Positions 62,325 through 64,000 of a stretch of DNA of 64,000 nucleotides are shown here, one piece after another (the stretch's first letter is position 1; every line of letters begins with the position of its first letter). Both the position numbers and the translations under genes were made by a program. The notes beneath the pieces were generated by a model. The model was given only the letters and a program-made list of their open reading frames with translations, made no database searches and was not told the DNA's origin. The DNA lies in contig NC_134470.1 of the NCBI RefSeq assembly GCF_964194025.1, positions 73,594,001 through 73,658,000 on the forward strand, given 5' to 3'. This stretch comes from Convolutriloba macropyga. Lineage: Eukaryota.

Positions 62325-64000
62325 AAAGAGACCTATTGATTAATTTTTGAAGTAAACAACTGAGGACAGAAAAATATTGAACAATATTCAGAGAAACTAT
62401 TGGCATCGTTATTCATACTTTTGGATGTCAACGACGAATATATTTTTGCTGTTTTGATATTCTGCAAAAATTTGATTTAATTATTTTGCGATTGAGCAAA
62501 AATTCATAACAATTCGCTGCTCTTAGTGATGTCATGTCATACCCAAACAAAATTTATTCCGACCCGAAAAATTTGGCTTCTCTGTAAGCTCATCCCATAC
62601 GATCATTTACAATATTAGCGGGATTATTTCGAAATTTTAAGCTATTGGTACCAAGTAAAATAATTAGTATTATTGAAATAAAATGATTCCTGAATGGTGG
62701 CGAAGTGTGATTCAGTGAGTATTATCAATCGGCAACAGCAGTAGCCAAGCCCCCCCCCCCCTTCCCCACAGGTTAATCTCCTCAGCGTGCAAAGCTGACG
62801 AAGAGTGACGTAGGTTGTATTTTGTTTCTAGCTGACAGAGATTATTCAACTCATTTGAGAAGAAGTCAGCTTAGATCAATAAATCGACACAAGTCATTAT
62901 AATGTAATCACTAACTAATCATCTCCGCGTTATGATGAAGCCCCATAAGCCCTCCCGCTGTTAATTTGGGCAACCTTTTAAGCCCACCCATAATAACTCC
63001 CTAAATGAAGAACCCCTTCCCCTCCCCCTCTCTCGCAACCCCTCCCCAGACACTTCTAACCCTCACCCCTCGCCCAACATCTAATCACGTTCTTGCGAAG
63101 CCATGGGTGAAGTTATATAAACGTAGGAGATAGAGAGATTCCGTCCGCTTTACAGGGAGAAGGAAGGAAATGGGAGTTGAGTTAAAATTAAGGAAATGAG
63201 GGAGCAGGATGGATTATGCCGGGGAGGGGTGTGGGTAGTTAGCAAGGGGGGTATGGGGGTATGGGGTGTTGGCTATGAGAGAGTGAAAGAGAAATCAAGT
63301 CACTTTTTAATGAAATTCAATCAGACGTAATAATGCCTCCATTTTGTGCTTCCGCCGCGTGAAAGCTTCTTTCCTGGTGTGAATTTACCAATTCAATTAT
63401 GCGCCTTCATTAACTATGAGCTTGCAGGGATTCCCTTTCCCACCTCCCCATCTCTTCTCTCTCTTTCCCACTTTCCCGCTTTCCCTCTTTCTCTATCCAT
63501 CTTCGCCACAGTATCTCTGTGTCTCTATCCCCTATCAGTGTCGCTGAGTCTTCCCATCAATGTTAACACTTCGGCAATTAATGAGGCTGCTCCACATATG
63601 CATCCGTCTTTCTTTTTTCTCCTTCGGGGCTGAAATCAGAGGAGCATATATTCTTTTTTGTCAAATATTCACCAATTGGACAATGTCCTATTATTCCAAG
63701 AAAGATTTAAACAACAAAATTTTCAGAAAGAAGGAAATTTTTACAGGTAGTCAAAATGCCAAGTAGACGAACTATCTAAACGAATATACACAAACATATA
63801 CACCATAATAATCGCTTATGTTCATCATTGCATAGCTCCGAGAAACTCTTATTAAGTGTAGAGGACACTAAAAAGGTACCCCAAATTTTGAGTATTGCCC
63901 ATCATAGCAAACCTCCCCCCACGAAATTATAACCCCCATTATGGTATAATTATCGTGATGGGGAGGGGGCTATAAGTTATCCGACCAATAAAGTGGGGAG

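Noticed and set aside
1-64000. tRNA, rRNA, snRNA genes or prokaryotic operons
   Set aside because: None recognised by eye; tRNAscan-SE and Rfam searches would be needed to exclude them.

Overview
AT-rich, repeat-dominated eukaryotic (invertebrate-like) genomic DNA. I can support no intact host protein-coding exon, and almost all ORFs in the track are spurious. The transposon peptides resemble, from memory, families in acoel worm genomes, but the host cannot be established here. The most informative part is 1.2-8.5 kb, a three-level nested insertion: a decayed minus-strand Penelope-like element (PLE-AC) is split just before its YVDD motif by a second, plus-strand PLE (PLE-B; 10-bp TSD AAATTTCAAT), which itself carries a GG..CC MITE with an 8-bp TSD. 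Both PLEs share an unusual architecture: a PHD-finger-like Cys-rich module inside the RT between the GLAMG/LAN motif and YVDD, an extra upstream ORF with a possible SGNH-like layout, a C-terminal GIY-YIG region and degenerate minimal hammerhead-like motifs near their ends. The rest of the window holds Ty3/Gypsy remnants (26.8-27.8 kb, 56.7-60.2 kb), several kb-scale tandem duplications (including a 3 x 1604-bp array with a chimeric middle copy and an internal hairpin), a Merlin-like MITE cluster (61.1-62.3 kb), a palindromic 12-mer array and an assembly gap. Four repeat-poor islands look regulatory: one has a perfect RFX X-box, and three have consensus splice donors suggesting non-coding first exons of a + strand host gene.
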